A stretch of DNA of 39,688 nt from a virus: IMG/VR virus record IMGVR_UViG_3300010939_000031; one strand, 5' to 3'. Below, piece after piece: positions 7,277-16,593 of this stretch. How positions within the stretch are numbered: the first letter of the stretch is position 1; each line of letters opens with the position of its first letter. The notes beneath the pieces were generated by a model. That model was not told where the DNA came from, made no database searches, and worked only from the letters and a program-made list of their open reading frames with translations. A program made the translations under genes and the position numbers.

Positions 7277-7945
7277 ATGCTTATTACGAAAACCCTTCGG
7301 CTGGAAGATACCGAAATCAAAATGGACGGCGACACTGGGAAATTTTCTGGCTATGCGTCTGTGTTCGGTGGCGTGGATTCCTACGGCGACACCATCATCA
7401 AGGGAGCGTTTGAGTCGAGCTTGCGAAGCGGCAAACCGAAAATGTTTTTTAACCATTCGTGGGATATGCCAATTGGCAAATGGACAAAAGCCAAAGAAGA
7501 CGACAAGGGCTTATTTGTCGAGGGCGAGCTTACCCCAGGTCTTGCCCTGTCAGCTGATGTCCGCGCCGCAATGCGCCATGGCACGCTTGACGGCCTGTCT
7601 ATCGGCGGCTATCTGAAAAAAGGCGATTACGAAGAGACCGAAGGGGGCCGCATCATTCGCAAGTGGTCAAACCTCATGGAAGTTTCACCGGTTGTATTCC
7701 CGGCTGATGGTGCTGCACGCGTAGACCTGTCCAGCGTAAAAAGTATTGATTTTGAGTCTCTTTTGCCAGAGTGCAAGACTGAAAAAGACATTGAAAAATT
7801 ACTGCGAGATGCAGGGATTGGAAAATGGGAGGCGATGGCTATCGTGTCCACAATTCGCAACATCGTAAAGGGGCGTGATGTCACCGACGAAAGCGAAGAA
7901 ATTAACGCTTTAATTCTTAATCGAATCCAAAAAATCATCAAATAA
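7277..7945 (+). CDS. Prohead protease (HK97 family)
   Basis: F.GYASVFG..DSYGD.I..GAF..SL and DGLSIGG motifs. Position between portal and capsid genes. Confidence 0.9.
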   Translation: MLITKTLRLEDTEIKMDGDTGKFSGYASVFGGVDSYGDTIIKGAFESSLRSGKPKMFFNHSWDMPIGKWTKAKEDDKGLFVEGELTPGLALSADVRAAMRHGTLDGLSIGGYLKKGDYEETEGGRIIRKWSNLMEVSPVVFPADGAARVDLSSVKSIDFESLLPECKTEKDIEKLLRDAGIGKWEAMAIVSTIRNIVKGRDVTDESEEINALILNRIQKIIK

Positions 7946-7977
7946 CCGCAGTTTTATACTATTTTTAGGAGATATAT

Positions 7978-9138
7978 ATGTCTGATGCAATCCTTAAAGC
8001 CCTTGATTCAGTTGAGGCAAAATTAACCGCTATGTCCGCTAAAGCCGATGGCGAAATGAAGGACATTGGCAAGACCAGCCACGACACAAAGACCGCACTT
8101 GACGCAATCGGTATTGAACAGCGCGTATTGGCTGACCGTCTGTTGCAGATGGAACAGCGTGCCAGCACGAAGCCAGACGGTCAGCCAGTGGGCGAATCGT
8201 GGGGCGAACAGTTTATTAAGAACGCTCGTTATGCTGATTTTGCCAGCGGCAATCTGAATAAGTTGCGCGTTGAATTGAAAAATACTCTAGTTGGCTCTGA
8301 TGCTAACGTCGCTCCAGACCGCAAACCCGGTATCGTCGGCGGCGCTATCCTGCCATTTTCGATGGAAGCCTTACTGCCAAGCACGACAACGACCAGCAAC
8401 GCAATCGAGTACACACGCGAGGCGTCATACACAAACCTGGCAGGAGAGACGGCTGAGGGTGCCTTGAAGCCCGAGTCCGCACTAACCTGGTCACTCGTTA
8501 ATATGCCAGTTTCGACCGTGGCTCACTGGATCAAAATCTCTAAGCAACTCGCAGCCGACGCGCCTGCATTGTCGGCTTACGTCAATAACCGCATGGTGTA
8601 CGGCGTAAATCAAAAAGTTGATACTCAGTTGGTCATCGGCAACGGTATTGCCCCAAACATTTCCGGCACGTATAAAACCGGAAACTTTACCCTGCACGGC
8701 TATCTGTCTGGTTCTCTTGGCTCAATTCTGCCAAAGCTGGTACTGATCAGAAAAGTGATGGCAGACTTGTATGTGGCTGGCTACCCGGCTGATGCAATTG
8801 TATTGAATCCGGCTGATTGGGCACAAATCGAAATCGAGCTTTTCACCGTTGCCGCAGGCCAGACGTTGTACAGCGTCAACAGCGCCGGTCAACCAGTCTT
8901 GTTTGGCGCGCCAGTAATCCAAGCCATTGGCATGGCGTCTGATACGTTCCAAGTGGGTCGTTTTTCAGAGGCGTACATGGTCTATAACCGCGATGGCGTG
9001 ACCGTGGAAATGTCGGATTCTGACGGCGACAACTTCACCAAAAACTTGATTACTTTGCGTGCTGAACGTCGCTTGGCTCTGGCAACAGAAAAGCCCGCAG
9101 CCGTTCGCGGTGGTGATCTGACGCCTCCAGCAGCTTAA
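7978..9138 (+). CDS. Major capsid protein (HK97 fold)
   Basis: 386 aa with an N-terminal delta-domain-like coiled coil, then the typical HK97 MCP body. GGAG RBS. A strong terminator follows. Confidence 0.9.
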   Translation: MSDAILKALDSVEAKLTAMSAKADGEMKDIGKTSHDTKTALDAIGIEQRVLADRLLQMEQRASTKPDGQPVGESWGEQFIKNARYADFASGNLNKLRVELKNTLVGSDANVAPDRKPGIVGGAILPFSMEALLPSTTTTSNAIEYTREASYTNLAGETAEGALKPESALTWSLVNMPVSTVAHWIKISKQLAADAPALSAYVNNRMVYGVNQKVDTQLVIGNGIAPNISGTYKTGNFTLHGYLSGSLGSILPKLVLIRKVMADLYVAGYPADAIVLNPADWAQIEIELFTVAAGQTLYSVNSAGQPVLFGAPVIQAIGMASDTFQVGRFSEAYMVYNRDGVTVEMSDSDGDNFTKNLITLRAERRLALATEKPAAVRGGDLTPPAA

Positions 9139-9149
9139 CTAGCTAACAA

Positions 9150-9179
9150 CCCGCCGGGGGTTCTCGGCGGGATTTTTTA
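9150..9179 (+). terminator. Intrinsic terminator after the capsid gene
   Basis: cccgccg (9150-9156) / cggcggg (9165-9171) stem followed by T6. Confidence 0.7.
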
Positions 9180-9207
9180 CTAGATAAATTACATAGAGGT
9201 ATTAGGA

Positions 9208-9585
9208 ATGGCGTTCACAAAAAATGTAAATAATGCCGTCAGTCACGTTTCTGGTGATGCCGTTTCAAAAGCAGTGCGGACGGTAACTGGTGACTCGGGC
9301 TGGATTGATGTCGGGCGCATTAAAGAACTTGTGGCTCAGTTGCATTCTGATGCTGGGACAGGAACTACGCCGACGCTTGATATAAAGCTACAGACATCAT
9401 TCGACGGTACTGATGCGACGGCTGTAGATGTTCCATCCGGAGCATTTACTCAAGTTGTGGACGCTGCGTCAAATCAGATAAAAAGTCTCGTGATATTTCA
9501 CAATTACATCAAATTTGTGTGGACGATTACTGGCACGACTCCCTCGTTCAACTTCGGGGTGTACCTCACCAGCCGCGATATTTAG
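9208..9585 (+). CDS. Hypothetical structural protein (possible capsid accessory/decoration)
   Basis: 125-aa ORF with an AGGTATTAGGA RBS region, beta-rich. The functional guess comes from position after the MCP only. Confidence 0.5.
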   Translation: MAFTKNVNNAVSHVSGDAVSKAVRTVTGDSGWIDVGRIKELVAQLHSDAGTGTTPTLDIKLQTSFDGTDATAVDVPSGAFTQVVDAASNQIKSLVIFHNYIKFVWTITGTTPSFNFGVYLTSRDI

Positions 9586-9594
9586 GGGGTTACG

Positions 9595-9813
9595 ATGCAA
9601 ATCAAATTCATTACCGGCGGCGCAAATTCAGCGTTCGGCGGTTTCAATGCTGGCGACACCCTCCGCTGTTCGCCAGAAATGGCGAGGCACTTGGTCGATG
9701 ATCTGGGGTGCGCTATTTATGTGGACGCGTCCGTTATAGCGCCTGAATCTTCTGTTATTGCAGTCGAAACTCCCAAGCGTGGCAACAAATTTAAAGCGAA
9801 GGAAAAAACATGA
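9595..9813 (+). CDS. Small hypothetical protein, paralogous to the N-terminus of the next ORF
   Basis: MQIKFITGG...GD.L.C.PEMARHLVDDLGCA resembles MTIRFITAW...SGLSVAEEKRLIALGFA at the start of 9810..10979. Confidence 0.5.
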   Translation: MQIKFITGGANSAFGGFNAGDTLRCSPEMARHLVDDLGCAIYVDASVIAPESSVIAVETPKRGNKFKAKEKT

Positions 9814-10979
9814 CTATCAGATTTATTACTGCATGGAATGGCAATCACGCCGATCAGATCGTTAGCGGACTTAGCGTGGCTGAGGAAAAACGGCTTATCG
9901 CCTTGGGGTTTGCCGTGGCCGATTTATATGGCCCTGGTGGGAATCTTCGTGAAATCGTTCACTACACATCAACCGGCACTGTGCTGGTGAGGCCGGATAG
10001 CCTGTCAACCAGGTTCTATAAAAACCCTACCCCTATATTTTCTAGCTCACAGTCTACCTACCCGACTTATTTTTGGTGGTTCGTTGTTGACGTGTCACGG
10101 ATAAGTGGAGCACTGGGGCGGTATTACGCTTATTACTCTACTGATCATGACGCCACTTTTGGCGGCATTGCTATGGCGTACAGCAATGATCCTTTAGGCC
10201 CTTGGACTAATTATGGTGAAGTTTTCGTAGATAAGATTCGGACAACTAACGGTAGCTTCCACGGACAAACAGAGTCGCCTAGCGTGATCGTGGACGCAGA
10301 CGGCACATTAAGGATGTTCTATCAACAGATTAAGGCAGTTGTTAATGGCGTTAACGCCAATGGCGTGCAGTCTACGATAAGCGCCGTTTCGACGAACGGA
10401 ATTAACTGGACGGTTGACCCTACTTTTATCCTTGATGTGCCTCCCTTGTCTGGCCCATCTGGTATTGGCAGAAACGCAGGCGACGGCCATACAGGGTATT
10501 TCGTTCCGTTCCGCTACAAAAACCGTTGGTCAGCTTACTCTCTTTATGGCAGTGGTGATTACGGTCGCTTTGCTCTCCATCACTGCACAGGTAAATTGAA
10601 CGAGTGGATAACTGACGCGCGACCTTTGGGAGCTAATCAGCTAGCGGCACAACTGCCTGACGGGCAACCAAGGCGCATTGGTTGGAACGGTAGCACGGTA
10701 TTCGAAACTGCGAACGGACCGGTACTTCTCGCTACGTTGGCCCCCACGGTATCCGGCGGCGCGAGCAGCAATACGGCAGTAATGGCGATTGGGCCGATAA
10801 GCAGCGACCTAAGGCGACCCATAGGGCAGTTACAGCAAATATGGGAACCAACTCTATCGTGGGAGTCAACGGCGTTTGCTGGGTGCAGTTCTTTCATAAC
10901 AAATGGAACCCTTTATATTTATTATCTGGTTACAACAGGCGGTGTTCGCTACGTAGGAGTTTTAACTTATGTCATATGA
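9810..10979 (+). CDS. Putative glycoside-hydrolase-like five-bladed beta-propeller protein (GH43/32/68-clan-like) with a small N-terminal phage domain
   Basis: GRYYAYYSTDHD, AMAYSNDPLGPWTNYG, GQTESPSVIVDADGTLRMFYQ and GTLYIYY repeat the propeller-blade signature of that clan. The family assignment was not checked by any search. Confidence 0.45.
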   Translation: MTIRFITAWNGNHADQIVSGLSVAEEKRLIALGFAVADLYGPGGNLREIVHYTSTGTVLVRPDSLSTRFYKNPTPIFSSSQSTYPTYFWWFVVDVSRISGALGRYYAYYSTDHDATFGGIAMAYSNDPLGPWTNYGEVFVDKIRTTNGSFHGQTESPSVIVDADGTLRMFYQQIKAVVNGVNANGVQSTISAVSTNGINWTVDPTFILDVPPLSGPSGIGRNAGDGHTGYFVPFRYKNRWSAYSLYGSGDYGRFALHHCTGKLNEWITDARPLGANQLAAQLPDGQPRRIGWNGSTVFETANGPVLLATLAPTVSGGASSNTAVMAIGPISSDLRRPIGQLQQIWEPTLSWESTAFAGCSSFITNGTLYIYYLVTTGGVRYVGVLTYVI

Positions 10980-11640
10980 TTTATTGTACGATTCAAACGG
11001 CGATCTTGTGCCGCCCGGGAAAACTCACAGGGTGCTCGACTGGCAGGTATTTAATGACGCCACATTGCCTACGTGGCTTACGGCGGTTGGCACTGTGGGT
11101 ATTGATACGATGAACTTTGCCTGTGGCAGGGCAAAAAGTACGTCGGGCGCGGTCATAGGGGATACTGCGTCTTTCACTTTGAAATTCGATATTTTGTTGG
11201 CGCAATTTTCGGCTATCGACATGATTGTAGACGGGTTCAGTTGCGACACTGGCAACAACACGCTCATGTCTATCAATCTAGACTGCGCGAATGCCGCGAA
11301 AACTCAAGGCATGGGGTTCTATCAGGATAATAGCGCCATAGTGAGTGGCGTATCCCCTTCAAAGTCTATTATTTACAATTCTGGCGGCAATGTGACAAAG
11401 GACATGCACTACCTGATAAACGGGACTTACGAGCAGCATCAAAAATCCATCGGGTACAGAATTTACCCTCAGCTTGGTGGTGGCTACTTTATGGAAGGCG
11501 ACAGTGTAATCTCGTCGCATTTTGATAAAACCGCGTGGGTGAGAGATAGCCTTGTTAGGCCAAGCATCACGCTTACTACACAAGCAGCAAATTCTCGTGT
11601 ATTAAGGCTGAGTAGGTTGCGAATCGGATTTTGGTCATAA
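10969..11640 (+). CDS. Hypothetical protein (beta-rich, possibly jelly-roll/lectin-like)
   Basis: 223-aa ORF overlapping the previous stop. No motif recognised. Confidence 0.45.
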   Translation: MSYDLLYDSNGDLVPPGKTHRVLDWQVFNDATLPTWLTAVGTVGIDTMNFACGRAKSTSGAVIGDTASFTLKFDILLAQFSAIDMIVDGFSCDTGNNTLMSINLDCANAAKTQGMGFYQDNSAIVSGVSPSKSIIYNSGGNVTKDMHYLINGTYEQHQKSIGYRIYPQLGGGYFMEGDSVISSHFDKTAWVRDSLVRPSITLTTQAANSRVLRLSRLRIGFWS

Positions 11641-12222
11641 ATGGCTCTAAAACTGATTACCCCTCCTGTAGGCGAGCCGATTTCAGTCAGCAATGTCAAA
11701 TTAAAACTTGGCATTGCTATTGCTGATGTTGCCTCCGATATCCAAATAGGATGGATGATCCCCGCGGCCCGTCGGTGGGTCGAGCAGCGCATCAATAGGG
11801 CGCTGATCACGCAGACGTGGGCGCTTTACCTTGACGCTTTCCCGGCTGTGATAACTTTGCCGATGGGCAACGTGCAGTCCGTTACCCATATTAAATACAC
11901 GGATCAGGGCGGCACGCTTACGACGATAACCGGCTATCAACAGGATCTCGTGAGCATCCCCGCCCGTCTTGCGCCCGCTTACGGAGGATCGTGGCCCGTT
12001 GCGCGCAGCACGTTTAACGCGGTCGAGGTGCAGTTTGTTGCTGGTTACGGGCTGGCCGTAGACGTTCCCCCCGACATCATCGAGGTGCTTTACAGGATTG
12101 TGGGGCATTGGCTCAACCATCAGGCGGCGCTGGAGAATGGGACTACGATTACCCGTGTCCCGTATGCCGTCGAGCAAATGCTGTGGCCGTACCTTGATTA
12201 TAATTACGAGCCAAACGCCTGA
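11641..12222 (+). CDS. Head-tail connector/adaptor (gp6-like)
   Basis: The N-terminus LITPP..EPISV..VK..L and the ORF length and position are typical of gp6-like DNA-packaging/connector proteins. Confidence 0.7.
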   Translation: MALKLITPPVGEPISVSNVKLKLGIAIADVASDIQIGWMIPAARRWVEQRINRALITQTWALYLDAFPAVITLPMGNVQSVTHIKYTDQGGTLTTITGYQQDLVSIPARLAPAYGGSWPVARSTFNAVEVQFVAGYGLAVDVPPDIIEVLYRIVGHWLNHQAALENGTTITRVPYAVEQMLWPYLDYNYEPNA

Positions 12223-12680
12223 TGCATGCGCGCAAACAGATCAGGGATGCAGTTGTATCCCTGCTTAATGTCGCGCCCGTAAATTGGCAGTTAGTAACCC
12301 CCTCAAGAATCGCATCAACTCGGCAAATATGGCCTTATTTAATGGTGTTTTGCGATGGTGAAACATCGTCTCCAATCACTGTTAATGAACCCTTTGTCTC
12401 ACAAAGATCACTGTCTGTATCTATTGTTGGATTACTGAGATTGCCTGGTACGGGAGATACGCAATCCGTAGAAGATCGTATGGACGATTTAGCCTTAGAG
12501 GTGGAGGAAAAAATAACATCTGCCGCCATGCGTGGCCTTGTGCAGATAAATAATGTTTCTCTGATTTCCACGGTCATGGATGTTTTTATCGAAGAGGAAA
12601 ACATCGACCGTGCAGAAATAAAAATGGTTTACAACATAGTTTACACAACACTTGATGGTTCGCCATCTACATTAATATAG
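12222..12680 (+). CDS. Head-tail joining / tail-terminator-like protein (putative)
   Basis: 152 aa with ATGA overlap with the connector gene, directly upstream of the tail tube gene. Assigned by position. Confidence 0.4.
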   Translation: MHARKQIRDAVVSLLNVAPVNWQLVTPSRIASTRQIWPYLMVFCDGETSSPITVNEPFVSQRSLSVSIVGLLRLPGTGDTQSVEDRMDDLALEVEEKITSAAMRGLVQINNVSLISTVMDVFIEEENIDRAEIKMVYNIVYTTLDGSPSTLI

Positions 12681-12689
12681 GAGATTTAA

Positions 12690-13340
12690 ATGGCTATCAC
12701 TACAAACTCGAATCTTATTATCACAATGGAAAGCGCACGTGCCTCCGCTGTTACGCTCACTGCCGTGAGTAACGACGATCCGGGTGTTTTTACCGGAACC
12801 CATGCCTATGCCGCCGGCGACATCTTGCTGCTTGAAGTGCAGGGCATGACACAGATGAATAACCGGGTAGTTGAAGTGTTTTCAGTGTCTACCACCGTAT
12901 CATTCCAAATTAAGGATGTTGGCGGTACTGCCGCATTATCTACGGTTGGTATGGGTGTATTCACATCCGGCACAGCCAAAAAGCTCACAATGGGAACCTC
13001 TTTAACACAAGTTGGAGAATTTGCCCCGTCTGGTGGTGATTCTAAAATCGTGCAATATCCCACTGTTACCGAGGCCGTAGACGCAAACGTGATCGTTGGG
13101 ACAAACGCCGCATCATATACGGGCACCTTGCCGTGGGATCCGACGGACGCAGGACAAATCGCACTGAAAGCCGCATTTGACGCTGGCACCGCAAAAGCTT
13201 TCCGCATCAAATACCCCAGCGGTCGGACATGCTCATTTTTGGGAACGGTAGGTTTCGCCCAATTGCCGGGCGGTTCGGCGCAGGGCATCACTACCACCCC
13301 GCTATCCATCGCGCTTCAGGCTGCTGCAACTTATGTCTAA
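12690..13340 (+). CDS. Major tail (tube) protein
   Basis: 216 aa with a GGAG RBS, immediately upstream of the frameshifting chaperone pair. Beta-rich. Confidence 0.65.
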   Translation: MAITTNSNLIITMESARASAVTLTAVSNDDPGVFTGTHAYAAGDILLLEVQGMTQMNNRVVEVFSVSTTVSFQIKDVGGTAALSTVGMGVFTSGTAKKLTMGTSLTQVGEFAPSGGDSKIVQYPTVTEAVDANVIVGTNAASYTGTLPWDPTDAGQIALKAAFDAGTAKAFRIKYPSGRTCSFLGTVGFAQLPGGSAQGITTTPLSIALQAAATYV

Positions 13341-13728
13341 TAAGCTGATCGAGAAAATCCGCCAATCCCGCCAGACTCAGATAGAGGCTGGCGGGTTGAA
13401 TCTAACCATCCGTTATCCCACGTTCAGCGAAGGTCTAGCCACAGCGAACGCATGGAGTGCGGTGATCAACTTGCGCGAGGGCAGGGGAACCCAGCCTGAT
13501 TTTGACGTCATCCTGAAATTTATCACGGATCACGTTACGGGGTGGTCTGGGGTCAAAGAGCTTGATTTATTTTCAGGCGGGACGGGTGAATCTGTAGATT
13601 TTAGCCGTGACTTGCTTGAGGAATGGCTAAAAGATGCTGATGCCGAAATCTGGTGGGGTATTTACTCTGAGATTTTAAACTTTGCAAACCGCGTTAGTGA
13701 AGCACGGGAAGCGTCAATAAAAAACTAA
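13333..13728 (+). CDS. Tail assembly chaperone (G-like)
   Basis: Position between the tail tube and tape measure genes. Ends in the slippery heptamer A_AAA_AAC. Confidence 0.75.
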   Translation: MSNKLIEKIRQSRQTQIEAGGLNLTIRYPTFSEGLATANAWSAVINLREGRGTQPDFDVILKFITDHVTGWSGVKELDLFSGGTGESVDFSRDLLEEWLKDADAEIWWGIYSEILNFANRVSEAREASIKN

Positions 13729-13925
13729 CTGCCTGGCTTGACGAGTTTAAAACACCCTTCAAGCCAGGCCGGGCGCCGGAAGATTCTGTGGTTGCCGTGT
13801 CGGTCTGGAATATGTGCGGCGGCGAAATAAAGTGGGAAGCGCTTCCGGTACTCTGTGAGATTTTTGACGTTGCAGACCCGGAATCCTTGATTATGCAGTT
13901 AGTTGCAATACGAGATAATAAATGA
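13333..13925 (+). CDS. Tail assembly chaperone -1 frameshift product (GT-like fusion)
   Basis: After a -1 slip at 13719-13725 the frame reads LTAWLDEFKTPFKPGRAPEDS...VAIRDNK* with no stop until 13923-13925, which overlaps the ATG of the next gene. Confidence 0.65.
13719..13725 (+). promoter_or_regulatory. Programmed -1 frameshift slippery site A_AAA_AAC
   Basis: Canonical X_XXY_YYZ heptamer one codon before the G stop, with an open -1 frame downstream. Confidence 0.65.
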
Positions 13926-14437
13926 GTGAGGCAATAGAAATTAAGGGCTTGAAAGAAGTTCAGAAAGCACTTTATTCGTACTCGCAGCAGATTGGTGATC
14001 GCGTAATTCTCGCTGCGCTTCGCCAAGGTGCGAATCTCGTTAAAAAAGCCGTAGTCGCTAATGCCCCTCGCGGGGATACTGGCGCACTTAAAAAATCATT
14101 CCGCGTGTCACGCTCTAAAATTCACCGTGGCAAATTCTCAGGCGACATGATCGGCGTGTATCTCACAATCCGCAAAGGCCGTGGGCGTAAAGACCCTAAA
14201 GACGCGTTTTACGGGCGATGGATCGAAAGTGGGTGGAATGTTCGGGGCAAAAGAAAATCTGTCGGTAGATCGTCCGCGAATCGTGGACGGGCATCCTCAC
14301 CTGGTGCGCGTGATATTCCGGGCCAGAAATTTATCGAGCGCGCATTTTTATCAAGTCGTGAAAGCGCGTTACGACTGATAGTTCAATCTGCCGAACGCGG
14401 GGCAGAAATCGTCGCACAAAAAACGGGGTTAAAATAA
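13922..14437 (+). CDS. HK97 gp10-family protein (neck/tail-completion type)
   Basis: The pattern ..LKEVQKAL......ILAALRQGANLVKKAV..NAP..TG.L..S.. is typical of the HK97 gp10 family. Its position after the chaperones is unusual. Confidence 0.65.
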   Translation: MSEAIEIKGLKEVQKALYSYSQQIGDRVILAALRQGANLVKKAVVANAPRGDTGALKKSFRVSRSKIHRGKFSGDMIGVYLTIRKGRGRKDPKDAFYGRWIESGWNVRGKRKSVGRSSANRGRASSPGARDIPGQKFIERAFLSSRESALRLIVQSAERGAEIVAQKTGLK

Positions 14438-16593
14438 TGTCGACGGGAATCACAGTTGATTTTTCGGCCAATGTGGCACGCTTTACAAGCGCCATTGACC
14501 GTGCAACGAATGATTTAAATAAATTTCAATCAAACGCAAGCCGCGTGAGTAAAAACATTGGGTCGGCGTTTGCGTCACTGGGCGTTGGCTTGTCTGTTGC
14601 TGGGGTTGTTGCATTCGGCAAATCCGCAATCGACGCCGCCGACAACATAGGTAAGGCCGCTGAAAAATCCGGTATTGCCGTTGAAAAATTCTCATTATTA
14701 AATTATGCGGCAGAACAAAGCGAGCTTTCTACGCAGCAATTAACAATATCCTTGAAGTTCCTGAACTCCGCTATTGTTGATAACAGTAAAGTTTTGGGCT
14801 CGTTGGGCGTTGCCACAAAAGACGCAGCGGGGAACTTACGGCAAACGGACGACGTACTTCTTGACGTTGCCGAAGCTTTTAAGAAACTTCCCGACGGGGC
14901 GCTTAAAAGTGAGCTCGCTGTAAAGCTGTTTGGTAAAGCCGGATTGGATATGATCAACCTGCTCAATCAGGGCAAGGGCGGCATCACCGCGTTTACAGAT
15001 GAAGCCAAAAAAATGGGGCTTGAGATCAGCGGGGATACCGCAAAAGCCGCCGATGAATTTAACGATAATCTTGGCCGCTTAAAAGGCACTATTACTGGCC
15101 TGGCTAATGAGTTTTTACCTGCACTACTTCAGAGGATAGAAAGATTTAACGAGATTCTGGGGATCGGGAAACAAAGTGGACAAACAACCGTTTTTGATTT
15201 TTACACAGAAAGAATTCAGTCCACGCAAAAAGAATTAAATATCCTGACTGAGCAATTAGCCAATCCTATCGGCACGCTTAAATTTCTTACTCCGGGCTTC
15301 GAGGAAGACGCCACCGCCAGAGTTAAGGAGTTGAGAATCGAGCTTGCCGAATTAATAAAGCTGCGCGTAATTGCGACTCAAAACGATAAGCCAGCCGAGA
15401 AGCCAGTAACGCCAAACCTAAAAAAAATACAATCTGCCCTTGGTGGCAATGGTGACAAGGCCGCAGCGGAAGAAGAAAGACGAAAGAAAGCCCTGCAAAA
15501 AATACAGGATGATCTTGTAAAATCAAATGACGAGTACGTTAAAAGTTTACAGGATAAGGCCGCAGTCGAGGGCTTAAGTGCTTCTCAGGCCGAGCTTTAT
15601 GAGGCGTCAACAAGACAGCTTAGCGCCAGCCAGTTCGGGGCGGCGAGAACAGCCATAGAATTTACTGCCAAACAAAAAGATCAAGCGGAAGTAACTAAAA
15701 AATGGACTGATGCAGTAGCCGAGGCCAATAAAGAGATAGACGACGATAAGGCGAAAAAGGCCGAAGCCTATGCTGATGCTATTTCCCGCGCCTTTCCTGA
15801 GCGAGGCGAAGGGTTGCAATACGCAGAAGATGTTGCAGCTATTAACGAGCAACTACGACTTACAAACATCACTGGCACAGAAGCCGCAGCAGCGATTGAA
15901 GCGCTTGGTGAAAAGTTTGGCGAGGTCAAAGAGAAATCAAAAACATTCGCCGATGAATTCAAGGAGACATGGGCAGACGCGTCAAGATCGTTCTCGGATA
16001 ATTTTGGCAGGGCTACAGCGGACGCCATTTTAAATTCCACCAAAGGCATTGACGTTTTACGCACCAGCGTTAAATCTTTTGCGCGGGAAATGATAGCCGC
16101 AATGGTATCCATCGCCGCACGAAAGGCCGTTGACTTTGTTTTGTCGAAAACCATGCTGGCTGGATCGACGGCTGCAAATATTGCGGCTGGAACTGCTACT
16201 GCATTGGCATGGGCACCAGCAGCCGCCGCCGTTTCGCTAGCTTCGTTCGGTGGCAATTCCATACCCGCAACAGCAGGTATTGCGTCAACGTATTCTCTAA
16301 CAAGCAGCTTGGCATTATTAGGTATCGCGCATGACGGACTGGAGAATGTGCCGAAAACCGGAACCTATCTGCTTGAGGGCGGGGAGCGCGTGGTAAAAAA
16401 AGAGGATAACAAGCGGCTTGAGAAATTCCTTGATGACGGACAGGATGGTGGGAATATAAATATCACATTCAATGTGCGCGGCGTTGACGCCCCACGAGCC
16501 TCTGAGATTGTCGCTAGCCAACGCGGGCAGATAATTGGCATCATACAAGGGGCTTATGATAATCGACTTGCACGCGGGGGGCCGTTACGATAA
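14437..16593 (+). CDS. Tape measure protein
   Basis: 718 aa, Ala/Lys/Glu-rich coiled coil with C-terminal hydrophobic segments, directly after G/GT. Confidence 0.9.
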   Translation: MSTGITVDFSANVARFTSAIDRATNDLNKFQSNASRVSKNIGSAFASLGVGLSVAGVVAFGKSAIDAADNIGKAAEKSGIAVEKFSLLNYAAEQSELSTQQLTISLKFLNSAIVDNSKVLGSLGVATKDAAGNLRQTDDVLLDVAEAFKKLPDGALKSELAVKLFGKAGLDMINLLNQGKGGITAFTDEAKKMGLEISGDTAKAADEFNDNLGRLKGTITGLANEFLPALLQRIERFNEILGIGKQSGQTTVFDFYTERIQSTQKELNILTEQLANPIGTLKFLTPGFEEDATARVKELRIELAELIKLRVIATQNDKPAEKPVTPNLKKIQSALGGNGDKAAAEEERRKKALQKIQDDLVKSNDEYVKSLQDKAAVEGLSASQAELYEASTRQLSASQFGAARTAIEFTAKQKDQAEVTKKWTDAVAEANKEIDDDKAKKAEAYADAISRAFPERGEGLQYAEDVAAINEQLRLTNITGTEAAAAIEALGEKFGEVKEKSKTFADEFKETWADASRSFSDNFGRATADAILNSTKGIDVLRTSVKSFAREMIAAMVSIAARKAVDFVLSKTMLAGSTAANIAAGTATALAWAPAAAAVSLASFGGNSIPATAGIASTYSLTSSLALLGIAHDGLENVPKTGTYLLEGGERVVKKEDNKRLEKFLDDGQDGGNINITFNVRGVDAPRASEIVASQRGQIIGIIQGAYDNRLARGGPLR

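Noticed and set aside
10190-10205. Further copies of the cc-TTTA-gg hairpin motif (also near 20461 and 23995)
   Set aside because: These are short chance matches inside coding regions. They lack the complementary arms and the flanking conserved sequence.
12806-13309. Long antisense ORFs inside structural genes (this one, plus 15768-16262, 20245-20754 and 11701-12177)
   Set aside because: All lie opposite well-supported late genes, have no RBS or motifs, and show typical shadow-frame composition.
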